A DNA stretch of 64,000 nucleotides from Geopsychrobacteraceae bacterium (GCA_963662315.1 OY759353.1:1248001-1312000), one strand, 5' to 3'. Counted from the first letter of the stretch, positions 41,444 through 51,512 are shown. The notes: generated by a model not told the origin, from the letters alone. Numbers and translations are program-made.

Positions 41444-41826
41444 AAAAGCATCCACTCATAAAAAATTTCGAACTTCCGAATTAGCTGCCAACCGGAAGCT
41501 CAAATTAGCAACTAGCAGGTATCCATACCGAAAACAAATTATCATAACATGAATAATAACCGACACAGGCTTATTTATCCAGCGTGCGACTATCATTCGT
41601 CAAAACAGCCTACTCTATACAACAAACGCTCTTCATCCTTTTTCCAACGCAGCGTGTGGACCATAGCTGATTATATAAAGAACTGCAACATTCTAAAAAA
41701 TAGTCACTTTCAGTGAAGGAGCCATTCTTAATGGACGATACTCCTGAAGAAAAAATGCTCAACACAAAAAAAATCACAAAAAAAAGATTGATCTTTTAGA
41801 AACAGCATGGTACCTATCTCCCCCGT

Positions 41827-41903
41827 CGGAGCGTAGCGCAGCCTGGTAGCGCGCCTGCTTTGGGAGCAGGATGTCGGAGGTTCGAATCCTCTCGCTCCGA
41901 CCA
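41827..41903 (+). tRNA. tRNA-Pro (anticodon TGG)
   Basis: 77 nt; acceptor CGGAGCG/CGCTCCG-ACCA, anticodon arm CCTGC-TTTGGGA-GCAGG, T-loop GTTCGAATC. Confidence 0.98.
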
Positions 41904-41915
41904 ATTAAAAATAAC

Positions 41916-41946
41916 AAAAGTCAGTCCCACTGGGGCTGACTTTTTT
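41916..41946 (+). terminator. Intrinsic terminator after tRNA-Pro
   Basis: GTCAGTCCC/GGGGCTGAC stem followed by TTTTTT. Confidence 0.85.
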
Positions 41947-42081
41947 ATTGTCATTTATCCGAAAGAAGATTCGAAGCGGAGTGAGCGCAGACTTAATGTC
42001 TGAAAAACGGCCAGGACGGCCGCATCAGCGAACGCAGGGGAGCCTACGCAGGTGCCCGCGTGATGCAGGTGACGAAGTAGG

Positions 42082-42105
42082 CGAATCCTCTCGCTCCGAC
42101 CAATT
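42082..42105 (+). repeat. 24-bp direct repeat of the tRNA-Pro 3' end
   Basis: CGAATCCTCTCGCTCCGACCAATT identical to 41883-41906. Confidence 0.93.
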
Positions 42106-42113
42106 TTGCAAAT

Positions 42114-42148
42114 AAGCACTTAGCCGAAACCGGTTAGGTGCTTTTTTT
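42114..42148 (+). terminator. Second intrinsic terminator, after the duplicated tRNA 3' end
   Basis: AAGCACTTAGCCG/CGGTTAGGTGCTT stem followed by a T-run. Confidence 0.8.
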
Positions 42149-42260
42149 GTATTCACTGCGAGATCGGCGGGGACCGAACAACACATGAAACAGCAAAGCC
42201 CGCATCTATTAAGAAGCGGGCCTGGAATCAAAAACACCTAAACGACATGCCTGTCAGCAA

Positions 42261-42848
42261 TCAGCGACTTGCCATCTCATCCACTTTCTTCTGCATCAGA
42301 GCCAACAAACCATCATAGCCATCCCGACGAATAATCTCACTGTAACTCGAGTGGTAATTCCGGACCAGGCTGACGCCCTCAATAACCAAATCAAAAACCT
42401 GCCATGCTCCTTCACGGTAAATAAGCAGATAATTCACCGGTATTTCCATTTCATTGGAAACAATGACGGTATCGACAATAGCCTTGTCGTCTTTGACCCG
42501 CTGCATCAGGTATTTAACCTTCCCAGCCGAATAATCATCAATACGATTCAGGTAGGTCCCTTCCAGCACCTTAAGAAATAAATCTGAAAACTGCTGGCGC
42601 TGCTCGGTTGTTGCTTCCCCCCAGTAGTTGCCAAGCGCCCGTGCAGACATCGACTCAACATTCAGAAATTTTTGCACCCGTCCGCTGACAAGGGCTTTTT
42701 TCTGAGCTTTGTCCATATCTTTATTCTGCAAAACCTCAAGAACCGAGTTGACCATTTTTTCAACTTCAATCTGAGGATCGGGCAGAGCAAATGCCAAAGA
42801 GGAACTGAAAACCATCAAAGCCAATATACAAAGTAGTTTTTTCATCAT
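42261..42848 (-). CDS. mlaC: MlaC/Ttg2D phospholipid-binding protein
   Basis: Signal peptide, MSARALG..W, WQVFDLVIEGVSLVRNY; adjacent to mlaA. Confidence 0.9.
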   Translation of the reverse strand: MMKKLLCILALMVFSSSLAFALPDPQIEVEKMVNSVLEVLQNKDMDKAQKKALVSGRVQKFLNVESMSARALGNYWGEATTEQRQQFSDLFLKVLEGTYLNRIDDYSAGKVKYLMQRVKDDKAIVDTVIVSNEMEIPVNYLLIYREGAWQVFDLVIEGVSLVRNYHSSYSEIIRRDGYDGLLALMQKKVDEMASR

Positions 42849-43711
42849 TCAATTCCAAACCATTCAATCGGGTTTAACAAATCACTGTCAAACAGTGGGC
42901 CTTGAAAAATATTAAGATTATAACTTCCCTCGCCGACCTGAGCCTTACGCCGTTGCGCATATGCACTGCGCAGGAACAGGTAGGGATCCAGTGAATCCTC
43001 AACGATTCCTTCGTAAGTGTCATAATCGAGAGATAGGCGATTCTCCACATCAAACCATCTTATGCCTAAATATTCAATAGTTTCTAAATCCGCATAACGA
43101 ATCGGGTCAGCAAACGAATCAACAAAATTACCAGTCACATCTCGCAGACTGCTTGGCCCGACGACAGGAAGAACAATATAAAAACCATGTCCGAAGCCAT
43201 AAAACCCAAGAGTCTGACCGAAATCTTCCGAAACTCTTTTGACCCCGGCTATGGAATCTGCCGGGTCGAATAACCCAACAAGACCAAAGGTGGAATTTAT
43301 GACAAAACGATAGAGTTCAGTACCAAAATCCCTGAATTTAAACTGCAGGAGTGCATTTCCCGCTCTGATCGGAGTGGTCAGATTGGTGAAAAAATTACGC
43401 ACTGAAGCCCTGGCCGGACGTGGCAACACCAGTCGGAACCCTCTAGCAATAGGCTTGAATAGATAAAAATACAGTTTATCGTTCACCCAGAAAACACCTC
43501 GATTAATCGGCTCGAAAGGGTCGTTAATCAGTTTTTCGGGGACAGGTTCTGTGGGGGAATGGAAATCCTGAAACGCGCTGTCAAAGTCAGCGAAGGGGTC
43601 ATCAGCCTGCACTATTGCAACATCCCCTCCTGCACTTTCCATGGCCATGACAGAACTGCAAAATATTGAGAATAACAGCACACTGCATAACATCAACATA
43701 CGCACAACCAT
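42845..43711 (-). CDS. mlaA: MlaA/VacJ family protein
   Basis: DPFEPINR, RFVINSTFGLVGLFD, EDFGQTLG, LPVVGPSSLRD, DPYLFLRSAY. Confidence 0.93.
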   Translation of the reverse strand: MVVRMLMLCSVLLFSIFCSSVMAMESAGGDVAIVQADDPFADFDSAFQDFHSPTEPVPEKLINDPFEPINRGVFWVNDKLYFYLFKPIARGFRLVLPRPARASVRNFFTNLTTPIRAGNALLQFKFRDFGTELYRFVINSTFGLVGLFDPADSIAGVKRVSEDFGQTLGFYGFGHGFYIVLPVVGPSSLRDVTGNFVDSFADPIRYADLETIEYLGIRWFDVENRLSLDYDTYEGIVEDSLDPYLFLRSAYAQRRKAQVGEGSYNLNIFQGPLFDSDLLNPIEWFGIE

Positions 43712-43714
43712 AAC

Positions 43715-44338
43715 TTACTCCTGCCTAACTCCATGTTTTTTTTCTGCCACCAGTAGAAATGGAGCCTCTGGACGATTCTGAACTTTAACAAGAAGGACCT
43801 GATAATTTTCTTGATCCAGTTGGGAACAATAAAGACTGACGGCTTCGGCTTCAACATCCCCCCCGGGATGTCCGGGATAAACGACAATAGCCATCCGACC
43901 TCCAACAGCCAAGGCGCTACAGGCCGCACTGATTGCAATCAGAGTTGAGTCCGGCCGGGTAATAATGTCTTTATCCCCCCCCGGTAAAAAACCCAAATTT
44001 CCAATGACTGCTACCGGCTGCCCAGGAACAACTTCCGCAAACCGGGCATGACTGCCATGTACCAGATCAATTCCCGGACAGCGTGATAACGGGGTGCTGG
44101 AAGCAACATGGTCTCGAATAGACATACCGACATTAGCAAGCCGATCACGGGTAGAGGCCAAGGCACCAGGCTGAATATCAAAAGCTATAACCTGCCCGGC
44201 ACTCCCAGCCAGACGCGCCAGCATCAGCGTATCGTGACCGTTTCCGGCCGTCAGATCGACGACAAGATCACCGGCTCTGATCACTTCTGCGAGCAATTCG
44301 TGCCCCCATGAGATAATCCGAGTCAGACTGGGAGTCAT
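43715..44338 (-). CDS. Class I SAM-dependent methyltransferase, YtqB/MnmM-like
   Basis: VVDLTAGNGHDT, AFDIQ, NLGFLPGGDK.IIT, YPGHPGG..E. Confidence 0.85.
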   Translation of the reverse strand: MTPSLTRIISWGHELLAEVIRAGDLVVDLTAGNGHDTLMLARLAGSAGQVIAFDIQPGALASTRDRLANVGMSIRDHVASSTPLSRCPGIDLVHGSHARFAEVVPGQPVAVIGNLGFLPGGDKDIITRPDSTLIAISAACSALAVGGRMAIVVYPGHPGGDVEAEAVSLYCSQLDQENYQVLLVKVQNRPEAPFLLVAEKKHGVRQE

Positions 44339-44775
44339 GAGCGAGTCACTCTGAGTTTGGCGTCGATCAATTGGCGGTGCGACAAACCGATCAGAGTTCC
44401 AAGTTGGCGCATCAAGGCATCTTCGTAACGATCAAGATGACCATCGGCGTAGACCAGCTGCCAAACAGCTTCAATAATACGCTCTTTTTCTGGCTGCGAA
44501 AATGCCTTATTAATCTCCTTGGTAAACTGATGCAGATCAAAACTGTTCTGTCGGGTCGCTTCGGCCAGCTGCAGCAATTCATCAAGAGCCTCATCAGCGG
44601 CGTGAAAATGCTCTTTCAACAAACACCCAAGCATTCTTTGCTCCTCCGGGTGAAAAATGCCATCGGAGTACGCGACTTCAAGCAATAGAACAGCAGCAGC
44701 CAATGGGATACGATCTATGTCACCAGTCCTTGCACCACCATCGGCAGTTAAAACCTGCCAGAGTTTTTTAAGCAT
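44335..44775 (-). CDS. TerB-family (DjlA N-terminal-like) protein
   Basis: LLLEVAYSDG...EE, DLHQFTKEIN, WQLVYADGHLDRYE. Confidence 0.85.
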   Translation of the reverse strand: MLKKLWQVLTADGGARTGDIDRIPLAAAVLLLEVAYSDGIFHPEEQRMLGCLLKEHFHAADEALDELLQLAEATRQNSFDLHQFTKEINKAFSQPEKERIIEAVWQLVYADGHLDRYEDALMRQLGTLIGLSHRQLIDAKLRVTRS

Positions 44776-45030
44776 ATTTAGTCTCTTTTCCTAAATACAA
44801 ATCGTCCAGTTTTCAACTGCGGAATTGGGTATAACAATACAAATATTTTTCGATAATAACAAACCCGGCATTATAAAGGCCGTGGCTATCCTGTCAATCA
44901 CATGAATTAAGACCGCTGAAGCAGCGACACCACACAGTCACCAAGATTGATTGACAAAAGAGCCAAGATTCCGTAGCTTCTTGTAGCCCAAAAGCGTTTA
45001 TCGATCCCCTTAACAGAAGCATAAAAAAGG

Positions 45031-45780
45031 ATGAAAATGATGAATCGTCTGTTTAAATATCTGGCTATTCTGACCCTGTGTCTGCTGGTCGTAGCCTGCA
45101 GCAGCAAGCCTGAACTTTCCCAGCAAGATCTGGCAGCAAAACATTTTCAAGAGGGCGAACGGTTATTTGAGGCAAAAATGTATACTGACGCAATTGCTGC
45201 CTGGGAAAAAGTCAGAGATACCTTTTATTCACCAGAGCTCAGTATGCTCGCTGAAATAAAAATTGCCGATACGTATTTCATTTCGGAACAGTACGCAGAA
45301 GCAGCAACAGCCTATTCCGATTACCTTGACCGACACCCCAATGACTCCCGTGAGGGTACAATCCTGTTTCGACTGGGGTTAAGCTACTACAAGCAGATCC
45401 TATCTGCCGACCGGGATCAGACAGCCACCCAGAATTCACTGATAACCATGCAAAAACTTCTGGCCCGCTATCCAGACCACCCCAAAGCCGATGAAGCGAA
45501 AGTCCTGGAAATCCGCTGCCAGACCAGACTGGCAGAACATGAAGTCTACGTCGGTCGCTTCTATCTAAAAAAAGAGCAGTATCGGGCAGCAATCATGCGC
45601 CTAGAAGGAGTCCTGAAACAGTATCCGGACTATTACTATCGGGACGAAACCTATTACTACTTGGCTCTGGCCTATAAGGAAACACAGCAGAAAGACAAAG
45701 TTAAGAGCTTGGTAGAAAAGCTAAAAACTGAGTTTCCGCGCAGCAGATATCTGGATGATGCCGAAGAGCTACTTAACTGA
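45031..45780 (+). CDS. bamD: Outer membrane assembly lipoprotein BamD
   Basis: Lipobox VVAC, TPR helices, DRDQTAT, LAEHEVYVGRFYLKK; start may be 45037 or 45040. Confidence 0.93.
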   Translation: MKMMNRLFKYLAILTLCLLVVACSSKPELSQQDLAAKHFQEGERLFEAKMYTDAIAAWEKVRDTFYSPELSMLAEIKIADTYFISEQYAEAATAYSDYLDRHPNDSREGTILFRLGLSYYKQILSADRDQTATQNSLITMQKLLARYPDHPKADEAKVLEIRCQTRLAEHEVYVGRFYLKKEQYRAAIMRLEGVLKQYPDYYYRDETYYYLALAYKETQQKDKVKSLVEKLKTEFPRSRYLDDAEELLN

Positions 45781-45805
45781 TCGTCCCAGCTGCTTGGATT
45801 TCAGC

Positions 45806-45840
45806 AACAGGCCCTGTCCCACAAAGACAGGGCCTGTTTT
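45806..45840. terminator. Terminator between convergent bamD and CLC genes
   Basis: AACAGGCCCTGTC/GACAGGGCCTGTT 13-bp stem with a T-run on +. Confidence 0.8.
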
Positions 45841-45859
45841 GTTTTCTCCTTCAGAACTC

Positions 45860-47227
45860 TTACTGTAACCGTTTCGCCCAGGATTTCAGTAGCGAGGAAT
45901 GAGTTTCCCGCAGTTCTCCCAATTTGTGTCTGACTTGTGGAGCACCATCCAGGTCAAACAGTTTAGGCACAGCAACCCGTTGCGAAGAATAAATGCCCGT
46001 ATGACCACTGAAATAATAAGCCGTATAGCAGGCAATCGCGAAATAGAGAAGATGGTTGGCACCAAACAGTTCAACCCCCATGATGGTGCACGCCAGAGGA
46101 GTATTTGTGGCTGCCGCAAAAACAGCCAGAAAGCCCAGGGCAGCAAACAGATCAACAGGGGCACCAAGTAACCACGCCAATGTGTTACCCAGCGTTGCAC
46201 CGACAAAAAACAGTGGCGTCACCTCCCCACCTTTATACCCTGCCGCCAGGGTAATCGCCGTCAATATCAGCTTGACCAGCCAACTGTACCAATGTGCACC
46301 ACCGGCGTGAAACGCGCTGACAATACTGACTCCACCGTCCCGGCTCGAATAAACACCAAGGCCGATATAATCACCATGTCCAAGCAACGTCACTGCGCCA
46401 ATAACCATCAGCCCCCCAACAACCACAATGATGTAGGGATTTTTGATGGTAACCTTGAAGAGATCTTTAAAAACATGAGTCAATTCACCAAACAAATACC
46501 CGGCCAGGCCGAACACCACCGCAGCAATGACGGTCTTAATCATCAAAACAGGATCAACTTTGACGCTATGGTCAAATAGCGTCATGCTTTCCAGAAAATC
46601 AATACGATAATGAGTATGATGAGCCCCCCAGGCACTACACACCATATCAGCCAGAATCGAGGCAAAAAGAGCTGGAATAATAGCGTCGTATTTAAGACGC
46701 CCGATGGCCAGAACTTCCAGAGCAAAAATTGCACCGGTCAAAGGCGTCCCGAATACGGCTCCAAAGCCGGCAGCAACCCCGGCAATAAGAATAAGTCTTG
46801 TATCGGATTCATTCAGATGAAACAAACGCGCCAGCCACTGGGTTGACGCGCCTCCAATTTGAACCGCAGTTCCTTCGCGACCGGCAGAACCTCCAAACAG
46901 ATGGGTAATGACCGTAGTAATGAGCACCAATGGTCCCATGCGCCGTGGTACTCCGGCTCCCGGATCATGAATTTCATCCATAATGAGGTTATTGCCACCT
47001 TCTGAGTTTTTCCCCATTTTTCTGTAGGCAAAGACAATAAACAAGCCCGCCAAAGGCAGCAGATACAGTAACCACGGGTGAGCAATACGGGTTATGGTCG
47101 CAACCTGCAACAACCACAGGAATAAAGCGTTCAGAGATCCAACAACAACTGCAACCGGCAAAATCAGCAGCACCCAGCGAATAATCTGAATAAAAATTTT
47201 GGGATTGGAACTTAGAGGGTGAGCCAT
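45860..47227 (-). CDS. CLC-family anion transporter, fluoride/H+ antiporter (CLC-F) type
   Basis: GNNLI, GREGT and GEVTP signatures of the CLC-F clade; start MAHP at 47227. Confidence 0.88.
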   Translation of the reverse strand: MAHPLSSNPKIFIQIIRWVLLILPVAVVVGSLNALFLWLLQVATITRIAHPWLLYLLPLAGLFIVFAYRKMGKNSEGGNNLIMDEIHDPGAGVPRRMGPLVLITTVITHLFGGSAGREGTAVQIGGASTQWLARLFHLNESDTRLILIAGVAAGFGAVFGTPLTGAIFALEVLAIGRLKYDAIIPALFASILADMVCSAWGAHHTHYRIDFLESMTLFDHSVKVDPVLMIKTVIAAVVFGLAGYLFGELTHVFKDLFKVTIKNPYIIVVVGGLMVIGAVTLLGHGDYIGLGVYSSRDGGVSIVSAFHAGGAHWYSWLVKLILTAITLAAGYKGGEVTPLFFVGATLGNTLAWLLGAPVDLFAALGFLAVFAAATNTPLACTIMGVELFGANHLLYFAIACYTAYYFSGHTGIYSSQRVAVPKLFDLDGAPQVRHKLGELRETHSSLLKSWAKRLQ

Positions 47228-47462
47228 TTCAATATCTCTTCTTGTTTTTTCAAGGACCTGATCTGAGCACCAGTCCGGCACGGATATAAAGGAAAACACT
47301 AACCTTTATCGGAAAGTGTTATTGAGGAATACTACCCCCCACCCTGGCCAAGTATCAAGTAATTTTCGTTTTGGTAACTGGTCAGACAACTTTCTGGCCT
47401 AACCTGTCCCGTAGTCATCGCTACCATATAAGCGAAAAATAGCGCCACAAAAGAGATCCTAC

Positions 47463-47490
47463 TTGACAATACAACCCCTGCTTCTATGAT
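47463..47490 (+). promoter_or_regulatory. Sigma70-like promoter upstream of CoA-transferase 1
   Basis: TTGACA (47463-47468), 16 nt, TATGAT (47485-47490). Confidence 0.6.
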
Positions 47491-47696
47491 GAGCGTCGCT
47501 GACACAGGCATAGAACAACAAGCAGTCAGACATGGCAACCTAAGCGTAGGAAATCGCTACCCCGCCTGCTGCAAAATTAATTTTGGCCCCAGTTCGTTTA
47601 CACAACTCTATTTCTGAGTTGGACCATACTTAACCCAAACAATAGGTATGGTTTTAACATCATGACTTGTCAACAGTTGATTCAGGAGAATACCTT

Positions 47697-49280
47697 ATGT
47701 CTGAATACGGGACACTTACAGATCGCGTCCAACGCAAATCTTTGCTCGACAGGGTAAAAACTGCCGAAGAATGCATCCCTTTTTTCAAAACCGGTATGGA
47801 CCTGGGCTGGTCAGGGTTTACCCCGGCAGGCTATCCCAAAGCAGTCCCCATTGCCATGGCCGATTATGTTGAGAAAAACAATCTACAGGGACAGCTGAGA
47901 TTCAACCTGTTTATCGGAGCCTCCGTTGGCGCTGAGACCGAAAATCGCTGGGCCGAACTTGACATGATTGATCGCCGCTGGCCGTACCAGACCGGAAAGA
48001 ATATCGCCAAAGGGATCAATGAGGGGCGTATTCGTATGGGCGACAAGCACCTTTCCATGTTTGCCCAGGATCTGGGATATGGGTTCTACACCCCTAAACT
48101 GGATATTGCCCTGATCGAAGTTTCAGAAATCCTGGCCGACGGTTCTCTGGTTCCGACAGCGTCCTGTGGTGCCATTGGTGAAATCCTGATGATTGCGGAC
48201 AAGGTCATCGTTGAAGTCAACACCCGTATGCCATCCTTCCGCGGTATGCACGACTGCCTGGCGCCACAGACACCTCCTCATCGTGAACCACTGCTGATCT
48301 GCAAAGCTGGTGACCGGATCGGTCGTGAATCATTCGCCTGTGACCCGGATAAAATCATTGCCGTTGTTGAGTCGAAATACCCCGACAAGGGTCGCGCCTT
48401 TGCCGACATGGATGATAAGTCTGAAGCAATCGCGGACCACATTCTTGATTTCTTTGTGACCGAGGTTAAAGCCGGTCGTTTGCCGGAAAACCTGCTGCCC
48501 CTGCAATCGGGGGTTGGCTCTATTGCCAACGCGGTTGTCGGCGGCCTGGCCAAAGGACCGTTCAAGAACCTGACCGTTTATACCGAAGTTCTGCAGGACA
48601 CCATGCTTGACCTGTTCGATTCAGGTAAACTAGATGCTGCATCCTCATGCTCCCTGTCTCTTTCAGAAACGCTTGGCTTCCCACGCTTTTTGGAAAACTG
48701 GGATCGTTATGCCGATAAAATCACTCTGCGCCCGCTGTCGATTTCCAACTCCCCTGAAGTCGTTCGCCGTCTCGGTGTCATTGCCATGAACACTCCAGTC
48801 GAGTTTGATATCTATGCTCATGCAAACTCAACCCTGGTTGGCGGTACCCGCATGATTAACGGTATCGGCGGATCAGGTGACTTCCTGCGTAATGGTTACC
48901 TCAAAATCATGCATAGTCCTTCGGTGCGCCCAAGCAAAACTGACCCGACCGGTATCACCTGTGTTGTTCCGAAAGCTCCGCACATTGACCATACAGAACA
49001 TGACCTTGACATTCTGGTCACCGAGCAAGGCCTTGCCGACCTGCGTGGCTTAGCCCCGAAAGACCGGGCCCAAACCATTATTGACAAGTGCGCTCACCCT
49101 GATTACAAACCGATCCTTCAGGATTACCTTGACCTCGCCACTCGCGAATGTCTGAAAAAAGGGATCGGTCACGAACCGCAACTGTTTGATCGTTGCTTCA
49201 AAATGCAGCAAAACCTTGCCGCAAACGGTACAATGAAGATCAAAAACTGGGATATCAAGATTGATCTCTGCGAAGATTAA
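47697..49280 (+). CDS. Succinyl-CoA:acetate CoA-transferase (acetyl-CoA hydrolase/transferase family), copy 1
   Basis: SGFTPAGYPK, DKHLS, LQSGVGSIANAV, YTEVLQD, NGIGGSGDF, VTEQGLADLRG; AGGAG SD before ATG 47697. Confidence 0.93.
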   Translation: MSEYGTLTDRVQRKSLLDRVKTAEECIPFFKTGMDLGWSGFTPAGYPKAVPIAMADYVEKNNLQGQLRFNLFIGASVGAETENRWAELDMIDRRWPYQTGKNIAKGINEGRIRMGDKHLSMFAQDLGYGFYTPKLDIALIEVSEILADGSLVPTASCGAIGEILMIADKVIVEVNTRMPSFRGMHDCLAPQTPPHREPLLICKAGDRIGRESFACDPDKIIAVVESKYPDKGRAFADMDDKSEAIADHILDFFVTEVKAGRLPENLLPLQSGVGSIANAVVGGLAKGPFKNLTVYTEVLQDTMLDLFDSGKLDAASSCSLSLSETLGFPRFLENWDRYADKITLRPLSISNSPEVVRRLGVIAMNTPVEFDIYAHANSTLVGGTRMINGIGGSGDFLRNGYLKIMHSPSVRPSKTDPTGITCVVPKAPHIDHTEHDLDILVTEQGLADLRGLAPKDRAQTIIDKCAHPDYKPILQDYLDLATRECLKKGIGHEPQLFDRCFKMQQNLAANGTMKIKNWDIKIDLCED

Positions 49281-49295
49281 TTAATAGTCAATCCC

Positions 49296-49326
49296 CACAG
49301 CGTTCCCTCAGGAAGGGAACGCTGTG
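49296..49326 (+). other. Stable 13-bp hairpin after CoA-transferase 1 (no U-tract)
   Basis: CACAGCGTTCCCT/AGGGAACGCTGTG; lacks a poly-T tail, so an mRNA-end stabiliser or atypical terminator. Confidence 0.6.
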
Positions 49327-49843
49327 CATGCTCCTCCCCCTATCCTCTATACCCTTTTTAAAACACCTATCCATCAATATATTCAAAGACAACAATCTAA
49401 ATATTTTTTTCGGTAAATGTCATTCACAACCGAAAACATACTAAATATCAGCGTATCATTAATACAGCCAACGTATCATTCGCAAATAACAACAACGTAC
49501 TGATTTTTAATATCTTTCTCCCTAACCAATATTGATAACAGTCGCCTAAAAAGGACATTTCATCATAGCACCACACCTCAATTACCATACCAGAAATGAT
49601 ATTTATATTTTCCTTCTGGAGATTTCCGCTTGACTTATCATGACGGTCAATCGCATTATATAAAAACACTGTTTTTATTTTAACTAAACTATTTCAGCAC
49701 AACGAGTAGAGCACATACTGCATTGATCTTGTTTTATTGAATTTTCAGATAGTTAACCCGGAGAAATATTTAAGTTTCGCTGTTTTACAGCATACAACAA
49801 AGACGGCATCCAGCTGTATGCCCTAGGCTCAGGAGGAGAGAGA

Positions 49844-51430
49844 ATGTCTGAATTTGGAACACTTGAAGATCGTGTACGCCGCAAATCCCTGCTCAGCAAG
49901 ACCATGAAAGCCGAAGACTGTATAAAATTTTTCACCCCCGGTCAGAATCTGTTATGGTCCGGCTTCACCCCCGCCGGCTATCCCAAAGCAGTACCGATTG
50001 CACTAGCAGACTATGTTGAAGCCAATAATCTGCAAGGCAAGTGGAAGTTCAATCTTTTCATCGGTGCCTCCGTTGGTGCTGAAACCGAAAATCGCTGGGC
50101 GACTTTGGACATGATCGATCGCCGCTGGCCATACCAGACAGGCAAGGATATTGCCAAAGGGATTAACGCCGGGCGTATCCGCATGGGTGACAAGCACCTT
50201 GGCCTGTTTGCTCAGGATGCCGGTTACGGCTTCTATACTGAAAACGGTCGCTATGATATCGGCATTGTCGAAGTTTCCGCCATCACCGAGGACTGTGGGT
50301 TGGCCTTAACCACCTCTTGCGGTATCGTCGCTGAAGCGCTGCACTTGTGCGACAAAATCATTATTGAAGTCAACACTGGGCAACCTTCTTTCGAAGGGAT
50401 CCACGATATCCATATGCAGCAGAAGCCACCACACCGTGCACCGTTCCTGATTACCCAGGCCAACAGCCGCATCGGTTCACCATACGTCCCCTGTGACCCT
50501 GACAAGATCATTGCCATTGTCGAGTCGAAAAATCGTGATAAAGGGCGTGCTTTTGCAGAAATGGACGATACCTCCGAAGCGATTGCCGGTCACATCATGG
50601 AGTTCTTCGCTCACGAAGTAAAAAAAGGACGTCTGCCCGAAAACCTGTTACCACTGCAGTCAGGGGTTGGTTCAATTGCAAACGCGGTCGTTGGTGGCCT
50701 TGCCAAAGGCCCATTTACCAACCTGTCCGTCTACACCGAGGTTTTACAGGACACCATGCTCGATTTCTTCGACGGCGGCAACTTGAACTTTGCTTCGGCC
50801 TGTTCCCTGTCTCTGTCAGAAAATCCGGGCTTCCCACGTTTCTTTGATAACTGGGAAAAGTATTTTAACAAGGTCGTCTTGCGCCCGTTGTCTATCTCCA
50901 ATGCGCCGGAACCGATTCGCCGCCTCGGCGTTATTGCTATGAACACCCCGGTTGAATTTGACATGTACGCCCACGCCAACTCGACTCTGGTTGGCGGTAC
51001 CCGTATGATCAACGGTCTTGGTGGTTCCGGCGACTTCCTGCGTAACGGCTACTTGAAGATCATGCACAGCCCGTCAGTCCGCCCCAGTAAGACCGATCCA
51101 CTCGGCATCACCTGCGTTGTACCCAAGGCACCACACATTGACCACACAGAGCACGACCTTGACGTTCTGGTTACCGAACAAGGTTTGGCCGACCTGCGTG
51201 GCGTCGCACCCAAAGAGCGCGCCAAACTGATTATCGAGAAATGTGCGCACCCCGAATACAAGCCGATCCTTACAGATTATTTTGAAATGGCCGCCAAGAA
51301 ATGTCTCGAAAATGGAGTTGGCCATGAGCCACAACTGTTTGACCGGGCCTTCAAAATGCAACTCAACCTGGCTGAAAATGGCACCATGCGCATTAAAAAC
51401 TGGGATATCAAAGTCGACTTGTGTGAATAG
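49844..51430 (+). CDS. Succinyl-CoA:acetate CoA-transferase, copy 2
   Basis: Same motifs as copy 1 with long identical stretches; AGGAGG SD. Confidence 0.93.
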   Translation: MSEFGTLEDRVRRKSLLSKTMKAEDCIKFFTPGQNLLWSGFTPAGYPKAVPIALADYVEANNLQGKWKFNLFIGASVGAETENRWATLDMIDRRWPYQTGKDIAKGINAGRIRMGDKHLGLFAQDAGYGFYTENGRYDIGIVEVSAITEDCGLALTTSCGIVAEALHLCDKIIIEVNTGQPSFEGIHDIHMQQKPPHRAPFLITQANSRIGSPYVPCDPDKIIAIVESKNRDKGRAFAEMDDTSEAIAGHIMEFFAHEVKKGRLPENLLPLQSGVGSIANAVVGGLAKGPFTNLSVYTEVLQDTMLDFFDGGNLNFASACSLSLSENPGFPRFFDNWEKYFNKVVLRPLSISNAPEPIRRLGVIAMNTPVEFDMYAHANSTLVGGTRMINGLGGSGDFLRNGYLKIMHSPSVRPSKTDPLGITCVVPKAPHIDHTEHDLDVLVTEQGLADLRGVAPKERAKLIIEKCAHPEYKPILTDYFEMAAKKCLENGVGHEPQLFDRAFKMQLNLAENGTMRIKNWDIKVDLCE

Positions 51431-51450
51431 TTACCCAGTGATGAAACCAT

Positions 51451-51494
51451 AAAAAAAGCCGGTCGCCCCCTTTCCAGGGCGACCGGCTTTTTTT
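51451..51494. terminator. Bidirectional intrinsic terminator (CoA-transferase 2 / mshQ)
   Basis: A7-GCCGGTCGCCC-loop-GGGCGACCGGC-T7. Confidence 0.9.
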
Positions 51495-51512
51495 ATAGTA
51501 GACCAGATACTG

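Noticed and set aside
41883..42105. Prophage or integrative element at tRNA-Pro
   Set aside because: Only 199 bp between the repeats, with no integrase or cargo; kept as a repeat finding only.
42025..42237. 70-aa minus-strand ORF
   Set aside because: Runs antisense through the tRNA repeat and terminator; typical spurious call.
49790..49821. GCATACA...TGTATGC inverted repeat before CoA-transferase 2 as an HgtR-type operator
   Set aside because: I cannot recall the consensus reliably enough to assign it; it may be a simple leader hairpin.
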